From: Veleropilina oligotropha
Taxonomy: Eukaryota
Assembly (NCBI GenBank): GCA_048128005.1
Contig: JBEUKZ010000023.1
Coordinates: 248,001-312,000 of the forward strand
DNA: 64,000 nt
Direction: 5' to 3'
Shown here: positions 1 to 13,254 of the stretch, in pieces
How the letters are laid out: every line of letters starts with the position of its first letter
Position numbering within the stretch: position 1 is the first letter of the stretch
Made by a program: the position numbers and the translations under genes
Notes under the pieces: generated by a model
What the model saw: only the letters and a program-made list of their open reading frames with translations
What the model was told of the DNA's origin: nothing
The model's database searches: none

Positions 1-872
1 CATCTTTGAATGATTAGTAATGAAGATGCCAGAGATTGTTAGTTATAACTTGCAAATATGAGTCATTTGTTTCATTAATAGTTGTGTAATTTATTAAGCT
101 GGCACAGAGAGACGGTGTTCCAAAAACAAATGTCTTTCATTTTGATTAAATTACAATTAAAATTTATTTGAAAACAGTGATGACTGCAAGGAGAGCCATT
201 CATTCAACAAAGAACAGTGAACACAGAACAGCCCACAAATTTACAATTTACCGGTATATTTCTAACTTCTGTATATTAAACTAAAAGTATGAAAAACTTG
301 TGGATGAAAAATACAGACAGCGATCTTTTGCATTGACGAATACTGTCTGCGAAAGAAAAAAATTCCCCAAAATAAAGTTATTTAAATTTTTTTGTGTTGA
401 AAAGCAATGTGGCCGAAATCTGCATGGGTAAACCAAAGCGCGCACAGGACAAGAAACAAGGTATCAATTTAACACAGCCTTACCGAGATGTGACTGGAAG
501 CGAGGATATGGAGAAAGATAAATTTATCGGATGAAAGTTCCTGTTGGCAACATGGAAAGATGTATCAGGGTCTGAAGGCAAAAAAACATGGCACACACAC
601 CCAGGAATATTCGTCTGATACTCCCCTTTGTTGATGGAACAGTCATGATCTGAGATTGCTTGTCCCATGACTGAAAGTCAGACACGGTCACTGTGCATGG
701 AAATCTGATGGGTGATAGATATAGGTGTGAAATCTGAAACTGATTAGAGCAATTTGATCGCCATGCAGTCACTGGCTACCAAACCCATCTACATGGATGA
801 TAATGCCACATCTCATTGGATTGTGATGATGTTCTGCTGCAGAAACTGTCATCTAGCCACATCTCATTGGAT

Positions 873-2693
<1,821 letters not shown>

Positions 2694-2884
2694 TTGGATT
2701 GTGATGATGTTCTGCTGCAGAAACTGTCATCTAGCCACATCTCATTGGATTGTGATGATGTTCTGCTGCAGAAACTGTCATCTAGCCACATCTCATTGGA
2801 TTGTGATGATGTTCTGCTGCAGAAACTGTCATCTCATTGGGATCTAGCAGTGACAGTTTCTGCAGCAGAACATCATCACAATCC
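2694..2884. repeat. 51-bp tandem repeat (another unit at 816-866) with an inverted partial copy at 2851-2884
   Basis: TTGGATTGTGATGATGTTCTGCTGCAGAAACTGTCATCTAGCCACATCTCA repeated. Confidence 0.9.
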
Positions 2885-3233
2885 TCCAGAGTACAGATAT
2901 CAACTCGCTGGATGATGTCTGGGACACTTTGGGCACATGACACAGAAGGTGGACCCCCACCTGAAGCCAATCTACAAAAGCTGGTGCAACCTCTGCACAG
3001 AGAGAGCTTGACAAAGTGTACCCTACGATCATACTTGACATCAAACTGGAGGCATGAGGAGTCCTCAGTTAAATCTGTAATCAGGGTACTTTTATACTTT
3101 ATGTCCATCATCACTATTCAATTGTCGGGTTCTTTACAGGAAGCAATGTTGGGATAGTATCCATCATTTTTAGCAAGAAGTCATGTCACATGAGACAACT
3201 ACTAAGCAATTAATGTATCATCAAATTATGTAA

Positions 3234-4600
3234 AACAAGAAGACGAAGCCATCAAAATTCCCCCGCAATGGTACATTGACAATAATTACTATATGCTGTA
3301 TGTTCCTGAAACAATATCGTTGATTTAAATAATAACAAGGGCAATAACTTAATTAATCATAACGCCACTTTAAAATTATGAAAAGGCACCAGTTAACCAA
3401 CTACTAGATACACCCACCAAGTTTCGTAATGATAAGTCAAGCACTCTATGAGATAGAGTTGGGAATAACAAAATTAAAGCAAGGGCAATAACTCTGTGAA
3501 TATTTGACGTACAATGTCGAAATTAATGAAAGGCACAAGTTCAACAACTGCTTAATACACCCACCAAATTGCGTAAAGTTATGCCAAGCAGTTTACGAGA
3601 TACGCTTCGGAAAGGAGAACATTAACAAATTAACAACAAAGACAATAACTCTGTTTATGATCACCACACAACGTCGAAACTAGCAAAAGGCACCAGTTCA
3701 CCAACTACTTAATATTTCCAGCAAGTTTCGTAAAGTTATGTCGAGCGGTGTATGAGCTATGCTCCGGAAAAGAGAAATTTAACGAATTTAGAAGGGAAAT
3801 AACTCTGTTAATGATCGCCGCACAACGTCTAAACTAGCAAAAGGCACCAGTTCACCAACTACTGAATACATCCAGCAAGTTCGTAAAGTTATGTCAAGCG
3901 GTGTATGAGCTAGGCTCCGGAAAAGATAACATTAACGAATTTAGAACAAGGGAAATAACTCCGTTAATAATAGCGACACATCAAAACTAGCAAAAGGCAC
4001 CAGTTCACTGACTACTTAATATATCCAGCAAGTTTCGTAAAGTTATGTCAAGCGGTGTATGAGCTAGGCTCTGGAAAAGATAACATAACGAATTTAGAAC
4101 AAGGGAAATAACTCTGTTAATAATAGCGACACGACGTCGAAACTAGCAAAAGGCACCAGTTCACTGACTACTTATTATATCCAGCAAGTTTCGTAAAGTT
4201 ATGTCAAGCGGTGTATGAGCTATGCTCCGGAAAAGAGAAATTTAACGAATTTAGAAGGGAAATAACTCTGTTAATGATCGCCGCACAATGTCTAAACTAG
4301 CAAAAGGCACCAGTTCACCGACTATTAAATACATCCAACAAGTTTCATAAAGTTATGTCAAGCGGTGTATGAGCTACGCTCCGGAAAAGATAACATTAAT
4401 GAATTTAGAACAAGGGAAATAACTCTGTTAATAATAGTGACACGACGTCAAAACTAGCAAAAGGCACCAGTTCACTGAGTACTTGATACACCCAGGAAGT
4501 TTCGAAAAGTTATGTCAAACGGTATATGAGATATGCTCCGGAAAAGATAATTTGTACGGACGGATGGTCTGCATTTTAATATCCCCCGCGGGGGGTAATA
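3234..4600 (+). mobile_element. HINE/Helentron-like non-autonomous element with an internal ~119-bp tandem array (relative at 59681-60410)
   Basis: AACAAG start, repeated AAAAGGCACCAGTTCA...AAGTTTCGTAAAGTTATG units, GACG microsatellite, terminal CCCC..GGGG hairpin. Confidence 0.7.
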
Positions 4601-6848
4601 ATATACACAAGGAAATATCCACCAATGTTGTGAAACAAGATTCAAACATGTTCTATCGAATAATATTTAATCTTAGAATATCCCACATGATCTGGTGTAT
4701 AAATGAATCAAATTACAATGTATTTGGACAATTATCTTTTTCGGATTCAGAAATCCAGATATATGAAGCTTCTTCATTTCGTAAAGCTTTTAACTCTTTT
4801 AAAATATCTTCTTGAACATCTCCAGCAGTAAGTGACCAGTAACAGATCTATATTTCACTTACACTGTGAGCTTATATTTGGTTATAATCTATTTGCATTG
4901 CTAAATGCTAGCAATCAGTGATGCACAGGATTGCTACGGCTACCCCCATTTGCTTATCCAAGGCCTGCAAAGGCAGCCATGTGGATTTTGTGTTAATCTT
5001 GTTCATGTTGCCACTAATTGCCACTTTCAATTAAATGTCATTGATACAACAGTGTTAATACTTGTGAACACACATTTGGAAGAATAACGAATACACACTT
5101 GACACAAACATTAATTTGTTTTCTGATATTCACAATGACATTGTTAATATTTATTATTATTAAAAATAATAGGTGGGTATGTAGACTATCACAAATAGTG
5201 CATGTAGTGGTAGGTCAAGGAACATGTATGCATACAGAATATTCTATCTCGTAGATTTCAAGTTAAGCCTGGATGTTGTCAAAATAGCACTCTCGCTTCA
5301 TTGGTTATTAAGCAGAAATCAAGCATAATATATATAGAAGGGCTCATGAAATTAGTGCATACTCGGTCACTCCTAGATTTGAAATGCTAGGAACCCATGG
5401 ACTTCTGGATTGAAAACGCTAAATTGATCCCAGATATCGGTCATTATTGCGAAAGGAAACCTCGGTTGCCTGGGGAAATCGACCCACATCGGCTACCGGT
5501 GTATCCATCAGCTACCCGTGTGACCATGAGACCACAATGTAAAGGCTTATTTAATGGATGATTGTTTCCGCTTTCCAAAACTCAAAAAGTTACTATATTT
5601 GTTGTAAATTAACAAAAATACAGTTAGAGGATATTAAAACAAGACCTTGATATTTACCATTGACGGCACACTGTCACACAATGCTACAACAAATGACATC
5701 CATCAGAATAAGAAACTCATTAACTGCATGATGCTTGTACCCTAAATAATATGATGCTGTCGGCTAATTCTGCGCACCTAGCGATTCGTTTGCACGGCAC
5801 CGGAAGCCAGTTGTTCAACTAAGTCATAGCATATCATATTTGTTCACTTTTCTCACATTTATTTCCGATCATGTATGATTTTTACATACTAAATTTCGAA
5901 AATATATTTTTAAATTCCGATTCACTGGCTAACAGCGTGTTTACACATGCAGCCATCTTGTTGGCTAATTCTGCGCATGTGCATCATTTCCGTCCGGTGG
6001 GAATTCCCCTTCATGCAAATGAGATGAAAGACGCATCCTCAAACAGGTGGACTTGTTGACAATCGAGTGAATTATAGCCTGTTTCTGACATCTACTTATG
6101 AATTTATAGTCTTTCTAAAAAATATCTTAAGAAATATCAACAAAATTAAATGATACTTATAAAGTAATAGCCAACCCTCATACATAAACTTATGTATTGG
6201 TTCAAATATTAATTTAACTTTTATTACCTAAAAAATAGAAGTTCAATATTTTATAATTCGAAGAAAAAACGATTTATATAATTTAGCCATGTTGTCGTCT
6301 GCAGTGGGTAATCTACATCATAATCTCGCGATTAGATTATATGACAGTCAACTTACAACAAAGGCTGATTTGTCTTTATAAAGGACCCTTATATTTCAAT
6401 ATAAACAAGTCTTCAGAGAACCATTATGCAATGAAAATTCATGTGCGGTCACCCATGTCTGGGTAGTCTATTGTACTATCAATTAGCACCTCTGCTGCAT
6501 GCGGGCATATAACAATGGACGACATCACATCTGTGTTTTAGTGGTAACTTCACCTTTCTTTTGTATTACAATAATTGGCCTTAGGCCAAACAAAAAATGC
6601 TTTGGTTCATTACAAAAAAAAAAATTAGGGTAGGTAGGTAGGCATTTTTTTTGGACCTCCAGAAGTGATCGCCTTTCCGGTTGTCTGTGGAGATCAAAAT
6701 CCGGCTGTCAGTTCGAGATAAAAAATTCAGTGGACCAGCGCCCACTTTAATATAAAACTGTGATGTGATTTTTAGGTGGGCACTACAAACAGAACTGACT
6801 CTGACCGTCCGTCTGGTTGATCATTCTTGACCAAAATCAGTAGGGGGG

Positions 6849-7050
6849 CAGGGCAGCGTGGCCGAGTGGATACGGTGATGGTCTACTAAACGGGAGGTCA
6901 GGGTTCAAGCCCCGGGAGTGCCGGGCATTTTTCCAATGATCGCTGCCTCCATTGCACACAGCACCAATTCATCTCATCATTCTAAGTTGATTGACCCGAT
7001 TTATAACTGAAATATTGTTGGTGTGGTCGTTAAACATCAATTCATCACCA
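6849..7050 (+). mobile_element. tRNA-derived SINE (related minus-strand copies at ~43480-43580, ~47450-47620, ~50575-50670)
   Basis: A box TGGCCGAGTGG, B box GGTTCAAGCCC, shared body ATGATCGCTGCCTCCATTGCACACAGC. Confidence 0.7.
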
Positions 7051-7517
7051 CACCAAAATCAGTTCTCTATCAACCGTGCTCTGACACCTTTATTAGTTAT
7101 GCAACTGTGTTGTGATTTTGAAGTGAGCACTACCTCCAGAAGCGACTCACTCTGTTCATCCGTTTTAGATCAACATGCCCACCTTATGCAAATGTTTTAT
7201 GATTTTTTACATTGTTACACAATTTATCTACACCTGTACGCTAGACATCTGCATGTTGGCCTAATGGGGAAACAGGTTGTTACCAAGAGATGGACATCAT
7301 TGCAGTAGGTAACTAACCAACCCAATAAAATAAAGTTACAATATATTTTAAAGAGACGATTGCCCGTTAATGCGCTCTTTCGCACGAGTTGTCCTGACAC
7401 CATATATCGCCTGGTTCGCGCAGATTGATACAAATTTCGCGAAGATATGATCGATATATGATCAAATGATAGACTTTTATTGAAATTATTATTGTAACTT
7501 GGCAATATATGTTATTG

Positions 7518-7730
7518 AGCAGCAGCAGGGGGGGTCAATAGACTTTTTAGAATGGGAAAATACAGCGCCCAGCACCATTTCAGAACTGAGCTGGTATTAC
7601 TGTGGAGGGCTAGGGAGTTAGACTAGGGGCGCGGCGAGGGAAATTAAGGCTCCCAGCACCCTTTCAGACCCCAGGGTATATCGTGTATTACAAAAAGTTA
7701 CCATGTGTACAGAGCGAGTAGCATGTAGTA
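7518..7730 (+). repeat. Left terminal inverted repeat of the virus
   Basis: 7521-7657 is the exact reverse complement of 22836-22972 (137 bp); imperfect match continues to ~7730/22761; begins (AGC)3A-G7. Confidence 0.97.
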
Positions 7731-7817
7731 AGAGCCCCCAGGGACGGCCCACTACCCTCGCCGGCCCGGGCTCTTGTGTGTTAGTGTCATACTCTATATT
7801 AGAGACTGGTATATACG

Positions 7818-8117
7818 ATGGTATACGCGATAACCATGGGGGGAAAGAATGTATGCCCTTGGTTGACAATTAATGCCGTTGGGGTTTGTGGTCGTAGCTG
7901 CGTCAACGAATTTTGCAATTCCCATCGACGGCAAATTCGGATGGGTAGAACATCACCCCCGCCATGTAAGAGATGTGGGGGGGGCACGAAATCGGCCGTT
8001 CTGGTGTGTAGACCATGTGGAGGTCATCGTGCCGCCCAGGCTCTCATAAACACTAAAAACCGAGCTCGCCGTCTCTACGGCGCAGTATTGCGCGAGTTGC
8101 TGTCGCGCACGACATAA
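7818..8117 (+). CDS. Small Cys/His-rich basic protein (putative zinc finger), viral
   Basis: 99 aa with CxxxC/CxxH and two CxxC pairs (CKRC, CRPC); first ORF after the TIR, co-oriented with the replicase. Confidence 0.6.
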   Translation: MVYAITMGGKNVCPWLTINAVGVCGRSCVNEFCNSHRRQIRMGRTSPPPCKRCGGGTKSAVLVCRPCGGHRAAQALINTKNRARRLYGAVLRELLSRTT

Positions 8118-8165
8118 AAAGTTCCAATTAGAGCTTTGTGTTGTAGTGTCATATCGCAATACGTC

Positions 8166-11100
8166 ATGCCTCTCATCAGTGGACTGCGCAATCTAGCGAA
8201 AGATTATGGGATTCCCGCTCGGTCGAAGCTCAAGAAGCACGACCTCGTCAGGGCAATCGCCAGGGTCCGTGCTGCGGAGTTTCGGAGCAGACTCGAGCGG
8301 GCGATGAAAACGGGAAGGTTCCCCTCCATCCGTGGAGATGTGGAGAACCCCCACAAAAGAGGCCGACGTGCTCGCGAGTTGCGGCAGATTAAGGACGAGG
8401 TCGACGCCGCCCTGCAGGCTCGTAAATACGAATCCCAGGCTGAGAAAAATCCCAGGATTCGACTGAAGCCACTTCGCGCCATCACGGATCGAATCGTCAA
8501 GCGGTCTCGGAAAGAGACCCTTGCCCATGCTATTGCTCGGAAGGGGCCCGATCTTCTCATCTCCAAAACGCTCCGGACAGCCCAGGACTACCAGAAGGAT
8601 CTTCTAGGGCAATTTACCACACCCGAGGGACAACGATTCATCGACCTGGATGACCAGGTCCCTCCCCCAGTAAGGCTCCCAGCAAAAGAGCCATGGGTGG
8701 AACTCTTGAGCGACGCCAAAGACGAGTTTGAGGTCGATGGCGCCGCGGCGGCTTTCTCCACATGGAGGGTAGAAGTGGACATTAAGATCGCACCGGCCCT
8801 GGATGCCCGTATGACAGATGCAAGGGCGGCACAGCTCCTCACAGCCCTTCCAAAGGGCGAGTATGTCCTTAGAATAAAGTTCTTGCGTGAATGGGGTCAA
8901 GGTGACTGGATGGTCGAAGACAAGTTTGACCCGGTGAAAGCTGCGAGAAAGAAGGGCCAGGGTGTCTTTGAGATATCTCAGGACACTAAGCCGGGTGCTA
9001 TCACTGGGGTCGACAAGGTCTACTACGAGAATGCCTACCCGGTCACTGCAGTCGTCTACGGCGTCTATCCTCTCAGAGAACCAAACCCCGCCAACCTGGT
9101 TCCGATGAAGAACGGCGACCTCAACTGCGTTGCCCAACGAGTGGTTGAGCACTTCGAAGGTGCCCTTAGAGGACACGGACTCACCCCGACAAGGCGGCAG
9201 AAAATACTGGAGTGGGAAGAGCGAGTCCATGTAACAGGCGCCACTGTGGATGATATATCCATCCTCGAGAAGATACTGAAGCGGGCGATTGTCTTGAGAG
9301 ATATTGCCGGTGCGGACATCTACAACAGTGGGAAGTACCGCGGTCAAGGAAACAATACATTCAGAAACGTAGAACTCATCTGTCACAACGGCCACGCCTG
9401 GTCGAAGGACCTACACTTCCCGCAAAGTAGAGAGGTCCACCTGTATGAGGGCGATGTCTGGGAAGCTATTCGACAAGCCACACAGAATGAGCCATTGGCT
9501 GTCTGGCTCCTAGGCGGTAAAGACCGACAGCTCGGCGTGGACCAGTTCGTGCTGCAAGATGGCCGCACTTACCGGACAAAAGAGGCTCACGAGAGACTCC
9601 AAGAAGCCTGTACAGCGCTGGGGAATGAGTCCCTAGCCGATCGAGCCTTTGGCGTGAACCATGCAGCTAGCATTATGGCTAAGGAGACCAACGGCTGGAA
9701 ACCCACCCCAGCGGCCCTGCTCGATGACATCCAGAAGGCCTGTGTAGAGCATGGCCACGGCGGCCTGTGGAATTCCATGAATTACGACACGGGCGATGTC
9801 TGCTGCATCGATATGAAATCCTGCTACCCTGCAAGCTTTCTGGGGAAGGGCGAGGCTAAGCCGTACTTCGAAAGATTCGGGCACCCAACCCACAGCATGA
9901 CCCGGGTCGCAATTAACGGTCCTCTTCCCGAAGATATCGGCACCGGGTTTGCTGAGGTCGTGGAATGGGAGTTCGCACAAGACATCCACCCCGTCATTGT
10001 AGCATGGTTCGGGAAGCACTTTGCAGAGAATGGATGGGCACCAACCCCGCTGCTCGCCTTCCTCATAGACTCTGGACTGCTAAAAAGCCTCAAGATCCGA
10101 GAAGCCATCATCGCATTCAAAAAGCAGACCGATGTCTGGCTTCCTCCGGATCGTGACCAGGGCTGCAGTATCATCGGCAAATTCACCCAAGGCGCCAAAG
10201 CTGACGGAAAGCGATTGACTCGTAGACTGGTGACCGACCAGGGTGAGCTCGACTTCCTCGTAAGAGACACCCGCCAAAGCGGCACCCTGGTTGGCGCTCC
10301 TCAGAGATGCCCTATGGGGCACATCCTCACGTACTATGATGGCTCCCAGCCTCAGTACGCCCACCTGAGGGCGTCCATGTTGGCCTATGCCCACATAAAC
10401 CTCTTGAGCATGCTTCAGCGTTTCAGTGCAGCAGAAGCCGTCCGAGTAGCCACTGACAGCATCTACCTCAAGAAGGCCTCGTTGGAGAAGCTCGACGATG
10501 TCACGGTGTACGTTGCCCCCAGACTCTGCGGCTGTGGCGAGAAATCGTGCATCTCATGTCTGATCGCGGAGCCGTACCTTCCGCCAGTAGCACCAGCCCA
10601 GTGGCGTGACAAGGGCGAACAGCTGTATATGCCACAGGAACATGCCGCATACCTACCCAAGCCAGAGTATTGTTGTGCCGCCAATTCCAGCCAGCCGAGC
10701 ACCGCGCCATGCTACAATGACACACTGACCCACCATCGCCTGAGTTACCTCAACGGTGGAGGGGGCTGTGGCAAGACTACGAGAGCGATCGAGCTCTTTC
10801 GGGCAAGGAATCCCGTCGTGTTCACACCAACCCACCGCCTCGCTAAAGAGATGCGGACCAGAGGCGTCAAAGCCCAGACCTACCACAGCTTCTTCCGATG
10901 GAGCGGCCAGAATGACTGGACGCCTGACCGCATGGGTCAGAAGTTCATCCCGCGCGTCATTATCTGGGACGAGGTCTGTACTGTTCCCCGGGCTATTCTA
11001 GAGATGTTCTTGGACTGGCTGGGCCGCCACGAAGTGCAGGTTATCTGCTGTGGTGATCAAGGCCAGCCACCACCGATTACGGGCGAGATGCCGCACGATT

Positions 11101-12026
11101 GGCTGCGAAAGACCGCGGACTACTATGAAGAGATCGAAGTAGACTACAGGGCGAAAGACGACCCTGCCCTCCAAGCCCTGAAAAGACGTATCCGTCTCCA
11201 GCCCGACAAAGTCCAGTGCGACGAGATGCGACGGACCCTCCCCAGCTGCCTCGGATGGGACCGGTTCGTCAACACCTGGAAGCCAGGCGACCTAATCCTC
11301 ACAAGCCGTCAGAAGGTCCGCGAACGGGCTCAAGAGCTGTTGCTCCAGAGGCACAAGGAGCACTTCCCAGACTCCATGGTGCCTATCCTGTACCACCCCA
11401 GGGACAGCAGAAAACAGAACATCATGGTAACCATTCCGGGCACCAGCGACAGAGAGGAGCTAGTTCTGAACGACGTCGTCGAGGTCACCATTGAGGCCGC
11501 TGAGCGGGCTATCCTGACCCCGGATTGGCGCCTGGGCTATGCCCTGACCATCCATTCGAGCCAGGGTCTTACGATTCACGACCCACAGAAAGTCTGGATC
11601 ATCGACGACTACCTTCAGTGGAGTAATCTCGCCTACCTAGCCGTGTCCCGGGTGGAGCTGCTGCGTCAGCTCGAACGGGTAACCTGTCCACCGGATGAGG
11701 GTTCTGAGGACAAGCCCCGGCCCCAAACCGAGCAACAGCTCCGAAAGACCATCCAGAAAAAGCTTGTGGCGTACAAACGCCAGGACCAGGCAACGGGACT
11801 CCCGGGGTTTAACCTCAAGGTCGACGACATCCTGCGGCTCAGAGAGGCCCAAAACAACCGCTGCGCAGCATGCAACATAGAGCTGCTCTGGGCATATTCC
11901 CCGAAGGACACACAGCAGTTCAGTGTCGACCGTGTGGACAACAGCAGGGGCCACACCCGCGACAACGTGCGCTTAACGTGTCTGGAATGTAACCGGAAAC
12001 GAGGATTTGCGGTTGTTAACGCCTGA
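8166..12026 (+). CDS. Multidomain viral replicase: Rho-N-like / vOTU-like / divergent family-B DNA polymerase / SF1 (Pif1/RecD-like) helicase / HNH-type nuclease
   Basis: First ATG at 8166. LRNLAKDYGI..KKHDLV (Rho-N/HeH-like); DLNC (9126) and HNGHAW (9393); PolB motif A IDMKSCYP (9810), B-like SIIGKF (~10170), C-like VATDSIY (~10450); helicase GGGGCGKT (10755), TPTHRLA, TYHSFF, IIWDE (10968), GDQGQ, TIHSSQG, YLAVSR; C-terminal CAAC..SVDRVDNSRGH..N..CLECN. Confidence 0.9.
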   Translation: MPLISGLRNLAKDYGIPARSKLKKHDLVRAIARVRAAEFRSRLERAMKTGRFPSIRGDVENPHKRGRRARELRQIKDEVDAALQARKYESQAEKNPRIRLKPLRAITDRIVKRSRKETLAHAIARKGPDLLISKTLRTAQDYQKDLLGQFTTPEGQRFIDLDDQVPPPVRLPAKEPWVELLSDAKDEFEVDGAAAAFSTWRVEVDIKIAPALDARMTDARAAQLLTALPKGEYVLRIKFLREWGQGDWMVEDKFDPVKAARKKGQGVFEISQDTKPGAITGVDKVYYENAYPVTAVVYGVYPLREPNPANLVPMKNGDLNCVAQRVVEHFEGALRGHGLTPTRRQKILEWEERVHVTGATVDDISILEKILKRAIVLRDIAGADIYNSGKYRGQGNNTFRNVELICHNGHAWSKDLHFPQSREVHLYEGDVWEAIRQATQNEPLAVWLLGGKDRQLGVDQFVLQDGRTYRTKEAHERLQEACTALGNESLADRAFGVNHAASIMAKETNGWKPTPAALLDDIQKACVEHGHGGLWNSMNYDTGDVCCIDMKSCYPASFLGKGEAKPYFERFGHPTHSMTRVAINGPLPEDIGTGFAEVVEWEFAQDIHPVIVAWFGKHFAENGWAPTPLLAFLIDSGLLKSLKIREAIIAFKKQTDVWLPPDRDQGCSIIGKFTQGAKADGKRLTRRLVTDQGELDFLVRDTRQSGTLVGAPQRCPMGHILTYYDGSQPQYAHLRASMLAYAHINLLSMLQRFSAAEAVRVATDSIYLKKASLEKLDDVTVYVAPRLCGCGEKSCISCLIAEPYLPPVAPAQWRDKGEQLYMPQEHAAYLPKPEYCCAANSSQPSTAPCYNDTLTHHRLSYLNGGGGCGKTTRAIELFRARNPVVFTPTHRLAKEMRTRGVKAQTYHSFFRWSGQNDWTPDRMGQKFIPRVIIWDEVCTVPRAILEMFLDWLGRHEVQVICCGDQGQPPPITGEMPHDWLRKTADYYEEIEVDYRAKDDPALQALKRRIRLQPDKVQCDEMRRTLPSCLGWDRFVNTWKPGDLILTSRQKVRERAQELLLQRHKEHFPDSMVPILYHPRDSRKQNIMVTIPGTSDREELVLNDVVEVTIEAAERAILTPDWRLGYALTIHSSQGLTIHDPQKVWIIDDYLQWSNLAYLAVSRVELLRQLERVTCPPDEGSEDKPRPQTEQQLRKTIQKKLVAYKRQDQATGLPGFNLKVDDILRLREAQNNRCAACNIELLWAYSPKDTQQFSVDRVDNSRGHTRDNVRLTCLECNRKRGFAVVNA

Positions 12027-12999
12027 GAACCGGCGGCAGCTGGGTATCACGAGGCACCACGAGAAGTTCCTCACGAACGAAGCCACGCGGTGGTCCATCC
12101 AGCAAGTAGTAGAGCACAGGCTCGTCAGGCTTAGTGACGGAGCGTCCAAGCCTGTAAACTTTTAGAGACCACACCGGGTCAGTAGCACGGCGATGACCCC
12201 CCTCCAGCTCACCATCGTAGTAAAGGTAGCGAACATCTACGTCAGAGGGGAGTTTCTGTTCCTTCCCCTGTCGGCCTGGAACAGTGGCGCCTGGCTTTTG
12301 GGCAACGCGAGGTGCCTTGATGGCGTCCTTGGGCTTTTTACCGGTCAGCCTGGTCACTTCCCCATTCAACGCCGCAACTACAGCTGCTAACCGGGCGACC
12401 CACTCAGTTGACCTTTGACCCTCTTTCGCAGACTCTGCAAACCGCATCTCTGTTGCATACTGGTGCCCGAAGAGCCGCTCAGCGAGCGTCCGGTTGAAGC
12501 GCTCCACAATGCCCTGATCGCGATGGATATCCACACGGCCACGCCTAACCTCGACGTTATTCTTTGCCAGCAGCTGGGAAACCGCGCCCATAAACTCTCG
12601 CCCTGGATCGACTTGAAGCAGTTTCGGCCGCCTGTAGATTCGGGCTAGTGCTTCAGCAACCCCTTTGGCCTCTTTTGTGACCAGAGGCTCAGCCTCTTTA
12701 AAGCGACTGGCCACATCAACCACAGTCAAAGCGTACTTATAGGTCTTGTGTCTGACCTTGTCATGGGGGAGAAACAGGAGGTCGGCTTGGTGAACCTCGT
12801 TTGGCGTTACGACGTCGAATTTTGGTCTTGGAATCCGCCGTGGCGCAGGTAAATAGATCTGCCATATAGCCTGCCTCTTAAGCCATGTCCGGGCCTCCAC
12901 TTCAGACGCCTTAGCAGCGTCAGCTAGTTTCTTTATCGCGGCAATGCCTTTCCAGTAGCCCTTAGGGCTGTAGTACATCCTCGCAAGCTTACTATCCAT
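12016..12999 (-). CDS. Retroviral-type (rve) DDE integrase, Polinton c-integrase-like
   Basis: HQADLL, VVDVASR, LQVDPGREF, IVERFNRTL (D-D34-E); C-terminal WS..VY..Y.L..F..EEL; first ATG at 12999. Confidence 0.95.
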   Translation of the reverse strand: MDSKLARMYYSPKGYWKGIAAIKKLADAAKASEVEARTWLKRQAIWQIYLPAPRRIPRPKFDVVTPNEVHQADLLFLPHDKVRHKTYKYALTVVDVASRFKEAEPLVTKEAKGVAEALARIYRRPKLLQVDPGREFMGAVSQLLAKNNVEVRRGRVDIHRDQGIVERFNRTLAERLFGHQYATEMRFAESAKEGQRSTEWVARLAAVVAALNGEVTRLTGKKPKDAIKAPRVAQKPGATVPGRQGKEQKLPSDVDVRYLYYDGELEGGHRRATDPVWSLKVYRLGRSVTKPDEPVLYYLLDGPPRGFVREELLVVPRDTQLPPVLRR

Positions 13000-13228
13000 C
13001 AGCAATGTATTCCAGTAAACTGATCAGTCTCCAACAGGCTTCAGCTTCCGGAGCCGGTCGCTGCGCAGTGGTCGCCCGTAGGTTGGTCGGGCCCGAGAGC
13101 ACCAGGACCGCGAACCGCACCATAGTCTTTTCGTCGCGGCGCCAGCAGTCGAGTAACGTAGTACTATAGCCGACCGCAAGCATAGCGCAGTACAGCTCTT
13201 CTGGGAGCCCCATTACTATACCTGGCAC
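12992..13228 (-). CDS. Small hypothetical viral protein
   Basis: Fills the gap in the minus-strand gene run; its stop overlaps the integrase start; non-ATG track start. Confidence 0.35.
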   Translation of the reverse strand: MPGIVMGLPEELYCAMLAVGYSTTLLDCWRRDEKTMVRFAVLVLSGPTNLRATTAQRPAPEAEACWRLISLLEYIADG

Positions 13229-13254
13229 ACGAAAAAAATGTCCACTGGAAATAA

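Noticed and set aside
2694..2915. Repeat array as a CRISPR or repeat protein
   Set aside because: Contiguous 51-bp units without unique spacers, eukaryotic context, no cas genes
10740..11660. Helitron RepHel call for the Pif1-like helicase
   Set aside because: No HUH/Y2 Rep motifs; the upstream domain is PolB-like and the element has TIRs, TSD, integrase and capsid genes
8193..11965. Many antisense and alternate-frame ORFs inside the replicase (likewise inside other viral and DIRS genes)
   Set aside because: Shadow ORFs expected in GC-rich coding DNA; no motifs
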